Source of the DNA: an uncultured Chloroflexia bacterium
Lineage (GTDB): Bacteria > Chloroflexota > Limnocylindria > Limnocylindrales > CSP1-4
Assembly (NCBI GenBank): GCA_963833225.1
Contig: CAWHXD010000007.1
Location: forward strand, 320,001-384,000
Direction: 5' to 3'
DNA: 64,000 nucleotides
Part shown: in pieces, positions 19,195-29,402 of the stretch
Layout of the letters: each line of letters starts with the position of its first letter
Position numbering within the stretch: position 1 is the first letter of the stretch
Program-made: the position numbers and the translations under genes
The notes under the pieces: model-generated
Seen by the model: the letters and a program-made list of their open reading frames with translations, nothing else
Told to the model about the DNA's origin: nothing
Databases searched by the model: none

Positions 19195-20202
19195 GTGAAC
19201 ACCAGCGAGACCGTCCTGGTCACCGGCAGCTCCGGCTTCCTGGGAAGCTATGTCACCCGCGAACTGGTCGAGCGTGGTCATCGCGTCATCGGACTCGACA
19301 TCACCCAACCTGGCCCGGAGCGCGCGTGGATCCAGGCGCCGGTTGCGAGTGGAGTGGAACTGGTGCTCGGTGGCCTCGACGGCTGGGCGCCGCTCGTCGC
19401 GGTGATGGAACGGCACCGACCGACCACCATCGTCCATTGCGCCGCCTTCGTCCGGCTCGACATCCTCGCCCGGGAGCCGCACGTCGCGCTTCGCATCAAT
19501 ACAGAGGCCACGGTCAACGTCCTCGAGGCGGCACGCATCTTCGGGGCGCGCCGGGTGGTCTACCTGAGCTCCACCGGGGTGCTTCCCAGGCGCCAGTACG
19601 AGCCGATCGACGCCGGGCACCCGATCTTCACCGCCACCGAGGCCTCGCCCGACACGTTCTATGCAGCGGCCAAGGTCGCCTCCGAGGCGTTCGCCTGGGC
19701 CTACCACCACAGCTTCGGGCTGGACATCATGATCATCCGCCCGTCGGCGATGTACGGCTTCGGGATGCAGTGGCCGATGTTCATCAAGCCGATCGTGGAG
19801 AACAGCCTGGCGGGCATGCCCACGCGTTTCGAGTCAGGGCGGGAGTTTCCGCGTGACTACACTCACGTGAAGGACGTCGCGCAACTGGTGCGGCTGTGCC
19901 TGGAGGTCCCTGCCGACCGGGTTCGCGACCGCTGCTTCTACGGAGCGACGGGTCGTGACCCAGTGACGCCGGGCCACCTGGCGGAGATCGTGCGGGATCT
20001 CATTCCCGCAGCCGACATCGAGATCGGCGATGGGCTGTCCCCACTCGAGGCGTGGGACGCCGCGACGCGCGGCCGCTATGACATCGCCCCTGCCACGGAA
20101 CAGCTCGGCTACGACCCCCGCTTCGCCGATCCGCGCGCCGGGATCGCCGACTACATCAGGGATCTCCGTCGGTACGGCGCCGTGCAGGAGGATGACCGAT
20201 GA
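19195..20202 (+). CDS. NAD-dependent epimerase/dehydratase (extended SDR)
   Basis: VTGSSGFLG, HCAA, YLSS, YAAAK, RDYTHVKD. Confidence 0.9.
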   Translation: MNTSETVLVTGSSGFLGSYVTRELVERGHRVIGLDITQPGPERAWIQAPVASGVELVLGGLDGWAPLVAVMERHRPTTIVHCAAFVRLDILAREPHVALRINTEATVNVLEAARIFGARRVVYLSSTGVLPRRQYEPIDAGHPIFTATEASPDTFYAAAKVASEAFAWAYHHSFGLDIMIIRPSAMYGFGMQWPMFIKPIVENSLAGMPTRFESGREFPRDYTHVKDVAQLVRLCLEVPADRVRDRCFYGATGRDPVTPGHLAEIVRDLIPAADIEIGDGLSPLEAWDAATRGRYDIAPATEQLGYDPRFADPRAGIADYIRDLRRYGAVQEDDR

Positions 20203-21032
20203 CCACGAGATTGCGCTTCCTGGGGGCTTCTTGCTTCGAGATCGAAGGTCCAAGTCACCGCATCCTCATGGAGCCGTTCCTCGACGACAACCCGGTCTCG
20301 CCGTACACCGTGAAAACCGTTCCGCCGCCCGATCTCATCCTCGTCTCACACGGTGCGTGGGATCACTCGGCCGACGCCGGCCCGGTGGCGAAGCGTACCG
20401 GCGCACCAGTCTGTTGTGGGGCCGACGTGGCGGCGCGGCTCGCCGACGAGGGCATTCCGGATGACCAGATCCGGCCCACGATCTGGGGATTGTGCTACGA
20501 ATTCAACGGCTTCCTCGTCCGGCCCGTCGAATGTCATCACTGGTCCGGGGTGACGCTCTCGGACGGGACCCAGATTGCCGGGACTCCGCTGTCGTTCATC
20601 ATCGAGACGGAGCCGGGCGTCCGTATCTACCACTTTGGCGACACGGCCATCTTCGGGGACATGAAGCTGATTGGGCAGCTCCATCGCCCAACCGTCGCGC
20701 TCCTCGGATGTGCCAACACCGCCGGGCTTCCCGATCCGGGCGCCGGGCTCGCCGCCACCGGCGAGATGAACCCCGACGAGGCCGCGCGGGCGGCGGAGTG
20801 GCTCGGCGTCCGCTATGCGATCGCGACGCATTACATCGAGCCAGGCGAGGAGGCCGCCGAGTTCCGACGGCGGGTGGCCCATCACGACACGACCGGGCGG
20901 CGGGTCGCGCTCGCCCCGCGAGCCGGCGAGTGGATCGAGATCGAGCCAGATGCAGCCGACCCTGACCGCCCTTCGCTTCTGTGGGGAGGCACGTCACCCG
21001 AGTTCGATCTCACCAAGGTGCCGACGCGCTAG
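20199..21032 (+). CDS. Metallo-beta-lactamase-fold hydrolase (UPF0173-like)
   Basis: PF..DNP, SHGAWDH, CHH, IYHFGDT.IFGDM, MNPDEAA, ATHY. Confidence 0.8.
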   Translation: MTTRLRFLGASCFEIEGPSHRILMEPFLDDNPVSPYTVKTVPPPDLILVSHGAWDHSADAGPVAKRTGAPVCCGADVAARLADEGIPDDQIRPTIWGLCYEFNGFLVRPVECHHWSGVTLSDGTQIAGTPLSFIIETEPGVRIYHFGDTAIFGDMKLIGQLHRPTVALLGCANTAGLPDPGAGLAATGEMNPDEAARAAEWLGVRYAIATHYIEPGEEAAEFRRRVAHHDTTGRRVALAPRAGEWIEIEPDAADPDRPSLLWGGTSPEFDLTKVPTR

Positions 21033-21075
21033 GACTGCACCGTCGTAACGGCTCCGCCATGCTCAAGATGGAGGT

Positions 21076-22785
21076 TTGGCTCAAGTGAACGTCTGGCAAG
21101 CGGTTGCGGCCGCACTTGCAGCCGAGAAGACCCCGATCGCCTTCGGGATCCCCGGCGGAGACCGGTTCTTCGATTCGATCCGTGACAACCCCGATATCAG
21201 GAAGGTGCTCGTGCGAGATCCGCGCGCAGCGCCCTTCATGGCCATGGGCTACGCCCGCGTGAGCGGCAAGCCCGCCGTCTGCTACTCGGTTGCCGGTCCG
21301 GGCGTCGCGCTCCTCGTGCCCGGGATCCTCGAAGCCCACGCCGCCTGCCAGCCGGTCATCGCCATTGTCTCAAGCTCCAAGCGTGGCAACGCCGGCCAAG
21401 GGGCCCTGCAGGAGTTCGACCAGGTCGGGGTGATGCGGCCGATCACGAAGTGGGCCGAGCGGGTTACCGAACCGGATCGCATCTGGTGGGTCATGCGCAA
21501 GGCCTTCTCGATGGCCATGAATGGCAAGCCCGGACCCGTCTTCATCGACATCCCCAAGGACGTGGGGATGCAGGAGATCGAGCCCCGCGAGTACGTACCC
21601 GCAACCTACCCGATCCGGACCGCCGGCGACCCGGAGCGCATCAACGCAGCCGTTGATCTGCTGCGGGCCGCGACACGGCCGGTGGTGGTCGTCGGCGGTG
21701 GAGGCGTCAGCTCCCGCGCCTTTGCGGAGGTGCGCCGTTTCGCGGAAATCGCGGGCGCCCCGGTTCTGACCACGCCTGGCGGTCGAGGAATCCTCCCCGA
21801 AGACCATCCGCTCGCCTGTGGCCAGGTCGGCCTGTACTTCTCGGAGCTGGGGCAGCGCGTCTACGATGCGGCCGACCTCCTGATCACCCTCGGATCACGG
21901 AATGAGGACTTCCAGTCGGGAGAGCAGAAGTTCTTTCCCCGGGGGGCGCGGTACATCCAGGTGGACATCGACCCAGACGAGATCGGGCGCAACTGGGTCG
22001 CCGATGCCCCGATCGTCGGCGATGTCCGCCTCGTTCTCCAGGCCTGGATCGATGAGCTCGGCCGCGATCCCCTCCCCGCTGACGTCGTCGCGCCGCGGGT
22101 CGCCGACCTCGCGCAGGCAAAGAGTGTGTTCGAGGCTCAGGTGGCGAAGGACTGCGCCACCGATGCGGTCCCGCTGAAGACGAAGCGGGTGATCAGGGAG
22201 CTGAACGAGGTCCTCGGGCCCAACACCATCCTGGTGAATGAGAACGGCGCGCTGGATCTGTGGTCGTATTCCTGGCCGTACTTCAAGGTGCTCGACGAGA
22301 ACTGCGCGGTGGCCCCCGGAGAGCAGACGTGCATGGGTGGGGGTTGCGCCGCGGCAATCGGCGCCAAGATGGCGATGCCCGACCGGAATGTCGTCTGCCC
22401 GACCGGCGATGGCGCCTTCCAGATGTTCACAAACGAGCTGGCCACCGCCGTCCAGTTCAAGGCTCCGGTCCTGTACCTGGTGCTCAACAACAAGAGCTTG
22501 GGGTGGATCAAGTTCCACCAACGACGGCTGGGTGACCGCTTCGTCGCCACGGATTTCGACGTTCAGCCGGACTTCATGAAGGTCGCGGAGGCCAACCAGT
22601 GCTTCGGCGTGCGGGTCTCACGGCCGGAGGAGATCCGTCCAGCCCTTGAGAACGCCCTTGCGGCCACCAAGGCAGGGACGCCGGCGGTCGTGGAGTGCAT
22701 CGTGGACGGCTGGGACTTCTCCTTCGGCTTCAACAACTTCTACGAGCGGCTTGCGGGAGGTGGGGAACCTCGGGCAAGAGCCTGA
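21076..22785 (+). CDS. ThDP-dependent enzyme, acetolactate synthase-like family
   Basis: FGIPGG, AMGYARVSGK, GALQEFDQ, GPVFIDIP, GDGAFQM...NN. Confidence 0.9.
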   Translation: MAQVNVWQAVAAALAAEKTPIAFGIPGGDRFFDSIRDNPDIRKVLVRDPRAAPFMAMGYARVSGKPAVCYSVAGPGVALLVPGILEAHAACQPVIAIVSSSKRGNAGQGALQEFDQVGVMRPITKWAERVTEPDRIWWVMRKAFSMAMNGKPGPVFIDIPKDVGMQEIEPREYVPATYPIRTAGDPERINAAVDLLRAATRPVVVVGGGGVSSRAFAEVRRFAEIAGAPVLTTPGGRGILPEDHPLACGQVGLYFSELGQRVYDAADLLITLGSRNEDFQSGEQKFFPRGARYIQVDIDPDEIGRNWVADAPIVGDVRLVLQAWIDELGRDPLPADVVAPRVADLAQAKSVFEAQVAKDCATDAVPLKTKRVIRELNEVLGPNTILVNENGALDLWSYSWPYFKVLDENCAVAPGEQTCMGGGCAAAIGAKMAMPDRNVVCPTGDGAFQMFTNELATAVQFKAPVLYLVLNNKSLGWIKFHQRRLGDRFVATDFDVQPDFMKVAEANQCFGVRVSRPEEIRPALENALAATKAGTPAVVECIVDGWDFSFGFNNFYERLAGGGEPRARA

Positions 22786-22867
22786 CCGTGAGCGACCCAG
22801 CTGCCCGGCCTGCTGCTCCCGGGCAGACCGACCCGCGCCGCCGCAGACAGGAAGACAGGGAAGACGA

Positions 22868-23923
22868 ATGACCGACTACTTCAGCCGACTCGCGTCCGAG
22901 ACGCCGAGCCGCGCATGGGTCAATAACCCCACGATCGAGGAGATCGGGCTCGCCCTCGCGCACGGGGCAACGGGCTCGACGACCAACCCGAGCTACGGCG
23001 GTGGCCTGCTGCGGCGCGCGCCCGGCGAGGTCACGCCGATCGTCGACGCGGTCCTGGCCGAGCATCCGGATTCAGACGACGAGACGATCGCCAATCTCGT
23101 CCAGCGGCGGCTGGCGGGACGCGTCATCGACGGCTTCCGGCCGCTCTTTGACGCGTCCGGTGGAACGGCCGGCTTCGTTTCCATCCAGGGGTCACCGTTG
23201 ACAGACATGGATGGCGACCGCATCTGGGAGGAGGCACAGGCGACCCACGCTGTCGGTCCGAACGCAGCGCCAAAGCTGCCTGCGACGCTGCCGGGTTTTG
23301 TGGCCATGGAACAGGCCGTCGCGCTTGGCTGGCCGATCATCGTGACCGAAGTCTTCTCGCTCGACCAGGTTGAAGCCGCCTGCGAGCTCTACGTGCGGGT
23401 CACCGATCGCACCGGCGTGCGCAGCCCCTTCTTCATGAGCCCCATCACCGGGATCTACGGCGATCACCTCAAGAAGCTTGCGAAGGCCGGTGACCTTGAC
23501 GTTCCCGTTCGGACGATGGAGCTGGTCGGCGTCGGCCTCGGGCGTCGCGCGGCGGCGTTGGTGGCAGAGCGGAATTATCCGGTGACGTTGTTGTTCGGGG
23601 GCGCGCGGATTCCCGAGGACCTGTTGGGGCTGGTGGGTGACCGCCACTGCGCGACGATCAACTGGTCGACGTTCGCCGAGATCCTGACCCTGGACCCGCC
23701 GATCCAGCGGACCATCGATGCACCGTTTGATCCCGGCGTCGAGCGGATGCTCCTCGACACATTCCCTGAAGTCTGGAAGTCATGGGAGCTCGGACGCCTC
23801 GCGCCGGAGGAGTTCGAGGAGTTCGGCCCCGTCCTCCACTTTCGGGACGCCTTCCTGGCCGGCTGGCACGCGATTCTGTCGATGATCGCTGACCGAAGAC
23901 CAGACCATACGAGCGCGAAGTAG
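22868..23923 (+). CDS. Transaldolase-family class I aldolase (divergent)
   Basis: GSTTNPS, G.VSIQGSP, APKLPAT (Schiff-base Lys), TEVFSLDQ. Confidence 0.75.
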   Translation: MTDYFSRLASETPSRAWVNNPTIEEIGLALAHGATGSTTNPSYGGGLLRRAPGEVTPIVDAVLAEHPDSDDETIANLVQRRLAGRVIDGFRPLFDASGGTAGFVSIQGSPLTDMDGDRIWEEAQATHAVGPNAAPKLPATLPGFVAMEQAVALGWPIIVTEVFSLDQVEAACELYVRVTDRTGVRSPFFMSPITGIYGDHLKKLAKAGDLDVPVRTMELVGVGLGRRAAALVAERNYPVTLLFGGARIPEDLLGLVGDRHCATINWSTFAEILTLDPPIQRTIDAPFDPGVERMLLDTFPEVWKSWELGRLAPEEFEEFGPVLHFRDAFLAGWHAILSMIADRRPDHTSAK

Positions 23924-24111
23924 CTGCACAGGGACCGTCGCCGTGAACGACCTTTCATCGGGTGAGCGGCCGGTCGACCGTAGCCCTCGCGCTCAGAAGC
24001 CGCCCGAGCGGGACCCCGCGCTGGATCGAGCGCTGGCGACCTCCTCCCGGCAGGGCTCGCGATACCGCGGTGTCCCGCTCAGCGGCGAGATGAACGAGAG
24101 GCGAGTTGGCC

Positions 24112-26023
24112 ATGGCCCAGCCTGAACTGACATTCAGTCCCCGCCCCGCCGAACGGCCGATCGAAGTGGCTGCCGGGCCGGTCAGGCTCACGATCGAGAA
24201 CGGCGCCGTGAGGTGGGTCGGGCTGCCCGGCGTCGAGATCGTCCACGGCATCTACGGCGCGGTCCGGGACGCCGGGTGGGGCACCATCGAGCCCCACTTT
24301 GAAATCCTACGAGGCCGCCGTCGAAGACGAGGCGTTCGAGCTTCGATTTCGAGCCGCGTGCGTCCGGGAGGCAGACGGGATCGACCTCGCCTGGACGGGC
24401 ACCATCAGCGGTTCGCGTGACGGCACGATCCGCTTCGAATTCGATGGTATTGCGCGCCGTCCCTTCATGGCAACCCGCATCGGCCTGTGCGTGCTCCACC
24501 CTTTGCGCCAAGCCGGCCGTCCTGTCGAGGTGACCACCTTGTTCGGGCGACTGCGCGGCAACTTCCCGGAGCTCATCACCGGCTACATGCCATTCAGCAA
24601 CGTGCGCGAGATCCGGCAGGACCCCGGCCGACGCCACGAGACGCTGATCGAGTTCGCCGGCGACGTGTTCCAGATGGAGGACCAGCGAGCCTTTACCGAC
24701 GCATCCTTCAAGACGTTCAGTCGTCCCCTCGAACTCCCCCAGCCATACCAGGTCGACGCCGGCACGGCCGTTCGACAAACCGTCACCATCGCCGTTCCGC
24801 GCTGGCGCACGCCGAGCCGGAGGAAGATCGCCGCCGCGAGCCAGGATCGCCCCGCCGTTCTTCGCCTCGGAGCGCGCCTGGATCGCCCGTTCCCGGCCGT
24901 CGGATCCGGCCTGGAACCGGCGGATGTCGCCCCGAGTTCTGGGGTCACGGCGGCAATCCGACACCTGGGCCTCGCGCATCTTCGCGCCACGATCGTTGTC
25001 GGAGACACGGACGCGTCCGCCGAGGTCCGGCGGGCCGTCACAGCCGCACGCGAAGCCGACTGTGCTCTCGAGGTCGTCCTTCTCATGGCGCCGACGGATC
25101 CGGGGGTCGAACGCCTCCTCGCCGAGATCGCTTCTTCGAAGGTTGCGGTCGCGCGGATCACGGCCATCGACCCTGTTGGTCATGTGACCTCCCCGGCACT
25201 GGCACACCGCGCTCGCTCGGCACTCCGCGAGGTCGGCCTCGCCGCTCCCTTGGCCGGTGGTTCCCGAGGCTACCTGTACCAGCTCGTTGCCCAGGGCGTC
25301 CCCGCGGATCTCGTGGATGAAGTCGTCTACCCGACGAACCCGCAGGTCCATACGTTCGACGAGGCCTCCATCATGGAGACGGTCGAGACCTTGCCGGTGA
25401 CCGTGCGCACTGCCGCCGCGCTCGCCGGCGGCAAACCGGTCGTCGTGGGGCCTGTCAGCCTCAAGGCACTCATCAACCCCGATCGGACCGGGCCAGACTC
25501 GCCCCCCTTATCGGGCGCGTTGCCGGATCGATACGACCATCGTCAGACCACGCTCTTCGCGGCGGCGTGGACCCTGGGCAGCGCCGCCGCCCTCGCGGGT
25601 GCAGGCGCCGCCGCGATGACCCTGCACGAGGCCGCCGGGTGGGCGGGTCTCGTCGCCGCGTCCCACCGGGGTCTGCCGGAGATGCCCACACCGGCCGGGA
25701 CCGTGCTTCCCGTCGCCCAAGCGACGGTGGCCCTGGCCCAGCTCCGCGGAGCGGAGATGGTTGCGGTGGAAGTACCAGCGAGCTGGGCGGCCACGGCCGT
25801 GCAGCTGCTTCCCGGGCGCGTACGTGTCCTGATCGCCAACCTCAGTCCGGACCCCGGTCGCCTGTCGCTCGGGGAGGTTCGGTCGTCCCCAACCCTTGGT
25901 GAAGGGCGAGCCCTGACGGTCGACGGGCTGGGAGGTGGGCGCTGGGATCCCCTGGACACGAATGGCGGGATCGTTGACCTGGCGGCCTACGGCGTCGCCG
26001 AGCTCGACCTGCGGCTGCCGTGA
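24112..26023 (+). CDS. D-apionate lactonase (ApnL)-like protein, frameshifted near 24300
   Basis: AGPVRL..ENG.VR, IY.AVRD..WGT, then RIGLCVLHP, GDVFQMEDQR..TDASFKT.SRPL..P, NPQVHTFD..S, RQ.TLFAAAWT; one extra base in CACTTTGAAATCCTAC joins the two ORFs. Confidence 0.75.
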
Positions 26024-26066
26024 GTCACTGATGGATGGCACGAGGCACTTGCCAATACCGCTATGC

Positions 26067-26086
26067 TTGGACGACCGGTTGACCAA
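26067..26086. promoter_or_regulatory. Island operator type A (TTGGACGACCGGTTGACCAA)
   Basis: Consensus match adjacent to a TATGCT -10. Confidence 0.75.
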
Positions 26087-26124
26087 TCACGCACTGATCT
26101 GGCTCAGGTGGCACGCCGTAGGAT

Positions 26125-26146
26125 GCGGTATGACCGGCCTGACCAG
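26125..26146. promoter_or_regulatory. Operator type B (GCGGTATGACCGGCCTGACCAG), directly after a TAGGAT -10
   Basis: Shares GGTATGACCGG with the site at 2587-2608. Confidence 0.5.
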
Positions 26147-26202
26147 TGGTAGCATCGTCTTGCCCGGGCCGCGTCAGGGTCCGGGGTTTGGAGGTTGATC
26201 CG

Positions 26203-27150
26203 ATGGGCAAGCTCGTCAAGGAACTCCTGCCGCCGGCCCCGGATGAGCGGATCATCTACGTCAACGGGGAATACCTGCCCCAGAGCAAGGCCGTGATCTC
26301 GGTCCTCGATCACGGCCTCATGTACGGCGACGGGTGCTTCGACGCCTGGTGTGGCCGCAATGGGTTCATCTTTCAGCACGAGATGCACACGGCCCGGCTG
26401 TTCCGCTCGATCCGCGCCCTGAAGCTCGATCGCTGGCTCAAGATGACGTACCAGGAGATGTTCGACGCCGTCGTGGAGACGGTGCGCCGAAACGTGGTCC
26501 CTGACGTCTACATCAAGGTGCTCGTGACCCGTGGGGTCAGTTCAGAGCCGGTTATCAACATGCGTGACTGCAAGGAGGCAAGCGTCGTCATCTTTGCCCG
26601 TCCGGTCATCTACGAGATGGACATGGCCAAGATGGAGACCCAGGGCATCCGGATGAAGGTCCTGTCGACCCGACGCGTTTCGCACGAGGCGCTCGACCCG
26701 CAGGTCAAGAGCCTCAACTACCTCAACATCGTGATGGGCAAGCTCGAAGCCTGGGACAGCGGCTACCAGGACGGCATCATGCTCGACTCGAACGGGTGGG
26801 TCGCCGAGTGCCCCGGCTACAACATCTTCGGGGTCAAGGACAACACGCTGTTCACCCCATCACACGAGCTCCTGCGCGGGATCACGCGTGCGTCCGTGAT
26901 GGAGATGGGCCGTGACGCGGGGATGCAGGTCGAGCAAGGCTTCTACTCGGCCGCCGATCTCGAGATGGCCGACGAGGTGTTCATCACCAACACCGTCTCT
27001 GGTGTTGCGCCCGTGACCGAGATTGATGGGTTCGTCATCGGAACCGGCAAGCCCGGCCCCCGGACGATCTCCTTCGCCAGGACCTACTACGAGTGGCTTG
27101 AGTCCGGCAAGTACGGCACCCAGTGCTTCCCCGAGGCATGGAAGGAGTGA
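26203..27150 (+). CDS. Fold-type IV PLP aminotransferase (BCAT/DAAT-like)
   Basis: ISVLDHGLMYGDG, KSLNYL (PLP Lys), EC.G.NIF, LLRGITR, ADEVFITNT; RBS GGAGG. Confidence 0.9.
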   Translation: MGKLVKELLPPAPDERIIYVNGEYLPQSKAVISVLDHGLMYGDGCFDAWCGRNGFIFQHEMHTARLFRSIRALKLDRWLKMTYQEMFDAVVETVRRNVVPDVYIKVLVTRGVSSEPVINMRDCKEASVVIFARPVIYEMDMAKMETQGIRMKVLSTRRVSHEALDPQVKSLNYLNIVMGKLEAWDSGYQDGIMLDSNGWVAECPGYNIFGVKDNTLFTPSHELLRGITRASVMEMGRDAGMQVEQGFYSAADLEMADEVFITNTVSGVAPVTEIDGFVIGTGKPGPRTISFARTYYEWLESGKYGTQCFPEAWKE

Positions 27151-27268
27151 CCACCCTGGAGGGCACGCGGCTCCGGCAGAGTCTGCTGCCCGTGGCCGGC
27201 GGCCACGCCCGTCACTAGTCATCGCGCACCGAACGCCGCCAGAGTTGCGAGCACAGGAGGAGGACCCA

Positions 27269-28507
27269 GTGGAGCGAGACATTCAGCGACCCGAGGGTGT
27301 CGTCACCCGACGCCGCTTCCTCTATATCGCCGGAGGTACGGTCACCGTTGCGGCAACAGGCAGCTTCCTGGCTGCATGCGGTTCCGGCGGATCGACCGCG
27401 ACGCCCGTACCCGCCGGGGCATCGTCGACGCCCGTACCCGCCGGGGCATCGTCGACGCCCGTACCCAGTGCGCAGGCCTGCACCGATGTGGGTGGTGTGC
27501 TCAACCTGTTTACCTGGGCTGGCTACGAGGGCACTGATGTCCCGGCCATGAAGCAGTGGTGGGACCAGAGCGGCATCACTCTCAACGTGAAGTACCTCGG
27601 CAACGAGAACATGGTCACGTTCATGAAGGCTCCTGGCCACGAGATCTGGGATGCCAACACGGTGAACCAGGGTGACAACAACGCCTACTTCGAGCAGGGG
27701 ATCATGTCGGAGGTGACCGTTGACGAGGTCCCCGAGATGGCCGGCATGTACTCGGGGATCAAGGACAACCCCATCTTCAAGCTTCGCGATGGCGTGTACA
27801 ACGCCGTTCCGTGGACGATGGGCCCCCTCGGTATCAACTACATCAAGGGCAAGATCGACCCGGTCACGAGCTACGCTGACGTCCTTGCGCCGCGCTTCAA
27901 GAACCGAGTTGGCTGCTTCGACGACGCGCTCAACATGATCTCGACCGCCGCATGCGCGGTGGGCCTTGACCCGGCGGTTCTCACCAGCGATCAGCTCCAG
28001 GGCCCCGTCAGGGACTGGCTCGTTGCCCTTCGGCCGCAGCTCAAGCTGATCTCGCCTTCACTCGGCGATCAGCTTTCGACACTCGTCAGCGGAGACGTCG
28101 ACCTCCAGCTGGTCGGGCTGATCTGGAACATCCTTCAGGGTCGGCAGCAGGATGTCGAGGTCGAATTCGTTTACCCGTCCGAGGGTACGTACGGCTTCGT
28201 GGACTGCATCGCGATCACCCCCTGGGCGCCGAATCGCTGCGCGGCACTCGCATATGCCAGGGCCACGATGTCTCCCGATACCGGGGCCCCCCTCAACGCC
28301 TCAATTGCGGGACTCAGCACGGTTGACGCGGTCAATGAGAAGATGAAGGAGACGAACCCTGACGAGCGGGGCGTCTACCCCGACAACGTCGAGCAGGACT
28401 TCATGAGCAAGATGAAGTGGAACGTAAGCCACACTGATCCGAACGGTGAATATGCGACGAAGGACGAGTGGACCACCGTCTGGACCGAGATCAAGGCGCT
28501 CGGGTAG
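27269..28507 (+). CDS. PotD-like ABC substrate-binding protein (Tat lipoprotein)
   Basis: VTRRRFL, FLAAC, LNLFTWAGYE, VPWTMG, P.EG. Confidence 0.85.
   Translation: MERDIQRPEGVVTRRRFLYIAGGTVTVAATGSFLAACGSGGSTATPVPAGASSTPVPAGASSTPVPSAQACTDVGGVLNLFTWAGYEGTDVPAMKQWWDQSGITLNVKYLGNENMVTFMKAPGHEIWDANTVNQGDNNAYFEQGIMSEVTVDEVPEMAGMYSGIKDNPIFKLRDGVYNAVPWTMGPLGINYIKGKIDPVTSYADVLAPRFKNRVGCFDDALNMISTAACAVGLDPAVLTSDQLQGPVRDWLVALRPQLKLISPSLGDQLSTLVSGDVDLQLVGLIWNILQGRQQDVEVEFVYPSEGTYGFVDCIAITPWAPNRCAALAYARATMSPDTGAPLNASIAGLSTVDAVNEKMKETNPDERGVYPDNVEQDFMSKMKWNVSHTDPNGEYATKDEWTTVWTEIKALG
27399..27466 (+). repeat. 27-bp perfect tandem repeat x2.5 encoding a TPVPAGASS linker
   Basis: Unit cgacgcccgtacccgccggggcatcgt. 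Confidence 0.9.
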
Positions 28508-28537
28508 CTTCACCCGTAGCGGCGGGAGTCACTCTCT

Positions 28538-29401
28538 ATGAGCCACCGTCGGCAACTCGAGGCCATCCTCGAGTTGCCGCTGGTGATCGGCCTGCTGGGG
28601 ATCATCGTTGTCCCCGCCATCGTGCTCTTCGGCTATTCGCTGTTGGTCTGGGTTCAATACGCTCCAACCGGATCGCCGACCCTCGCCAATTACATCAAGA
28701 TCCTGAGCGACCCACTCTCAGCCACGCTGGCCATCAACACGCTCCTGATCGGCGTGCCCACGGCGCTGATCGCGATCATTGGCGGCTACGTCCTTGCGTA
28801 CTACATCACGTTTGGCACGGGGCGTGGTCGCCAGCTCATGTTCATCCTGGTCGTGACGGCGCTCATGGCCAGCTACCTCGTCCGGGTGTACGCGTGGCGC
28901 ACCCTATTGGGGGAAACCGGGATCCTCAACAGCGCACTCATGGGCGTGGGGATCGTCGACAAACCAGTCGAGTTCATCCTGTTCTCGAAGGCCTCAGCGG
29001 TGATCGTCGAGGTCAGCATCTTCATGCCGCTCGCGGCGCTCATCTTCTACGCCGCCTTGTCAGGGATCCCCTCATCGTTGCGCGAGGCTGCGCGCGACCT
29101 GGGAGCCAGCCGCGCGCTGGCGCTGCGTCGCGTGACGATCCCGCTGACGGGGCCAGCGATCTTGTCCACATCGGCGCTGATCTTCTTTCTGGCGGTCGGA
29201 GACTTCATCACGCCAGTTTTCGTCGGCGGTCCCGGCGCCGTCACTGTCGGCACGAGAATCGTCGCGTACGTGAACGGCACAGGGGACTACGGCATGGCGG
29301 CAGCGTGGTCATTCGTGCTGCTCGGCGCATTCGTCATCATCTTCGTTGGGCTGCGACGCCTGATGAAGACCGGCGGCTTCCTGCCGGACCGGGTGAACTG
29401 A
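28538..29401 (+). CDS. ABC permease (PotB-like)
   Basis: SYLVRVYAW, LREAARDLGAS. Confidence 0.9.
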   Translation: MSHRRQLEAILELPLVIGLLGIIVVPAIVLFGYSLLVWVQYAPTGSPTLANYIKILSDPLSATLAINTLLIGVPTALIAIIGGYVLAYYITFGTGRGRQLMFILVVTALMASYLVRVYAWRTLLGETGILNSALMGVGIVDKPVEFILFSKASAVIVEVSIFMPLAALIFYAALSGIPSSLREAARDLGASRALALRRVTIPLTGPAILSTSALIFFLAVGDFITPVFVGGPGAVTVGTRIVAYVNGTGDYGMAAAWSFVLLGAFVIIFVGLRRLMKTGGFLPDRVN

Positions 29402-29402
29402 C

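Noticed and set aside
27399-27466. 27-bp direct repeats as a mini-CRISPR
   Set aside because: Contiguous, in-frame, no spacers; encodes a lipoprotein linker.
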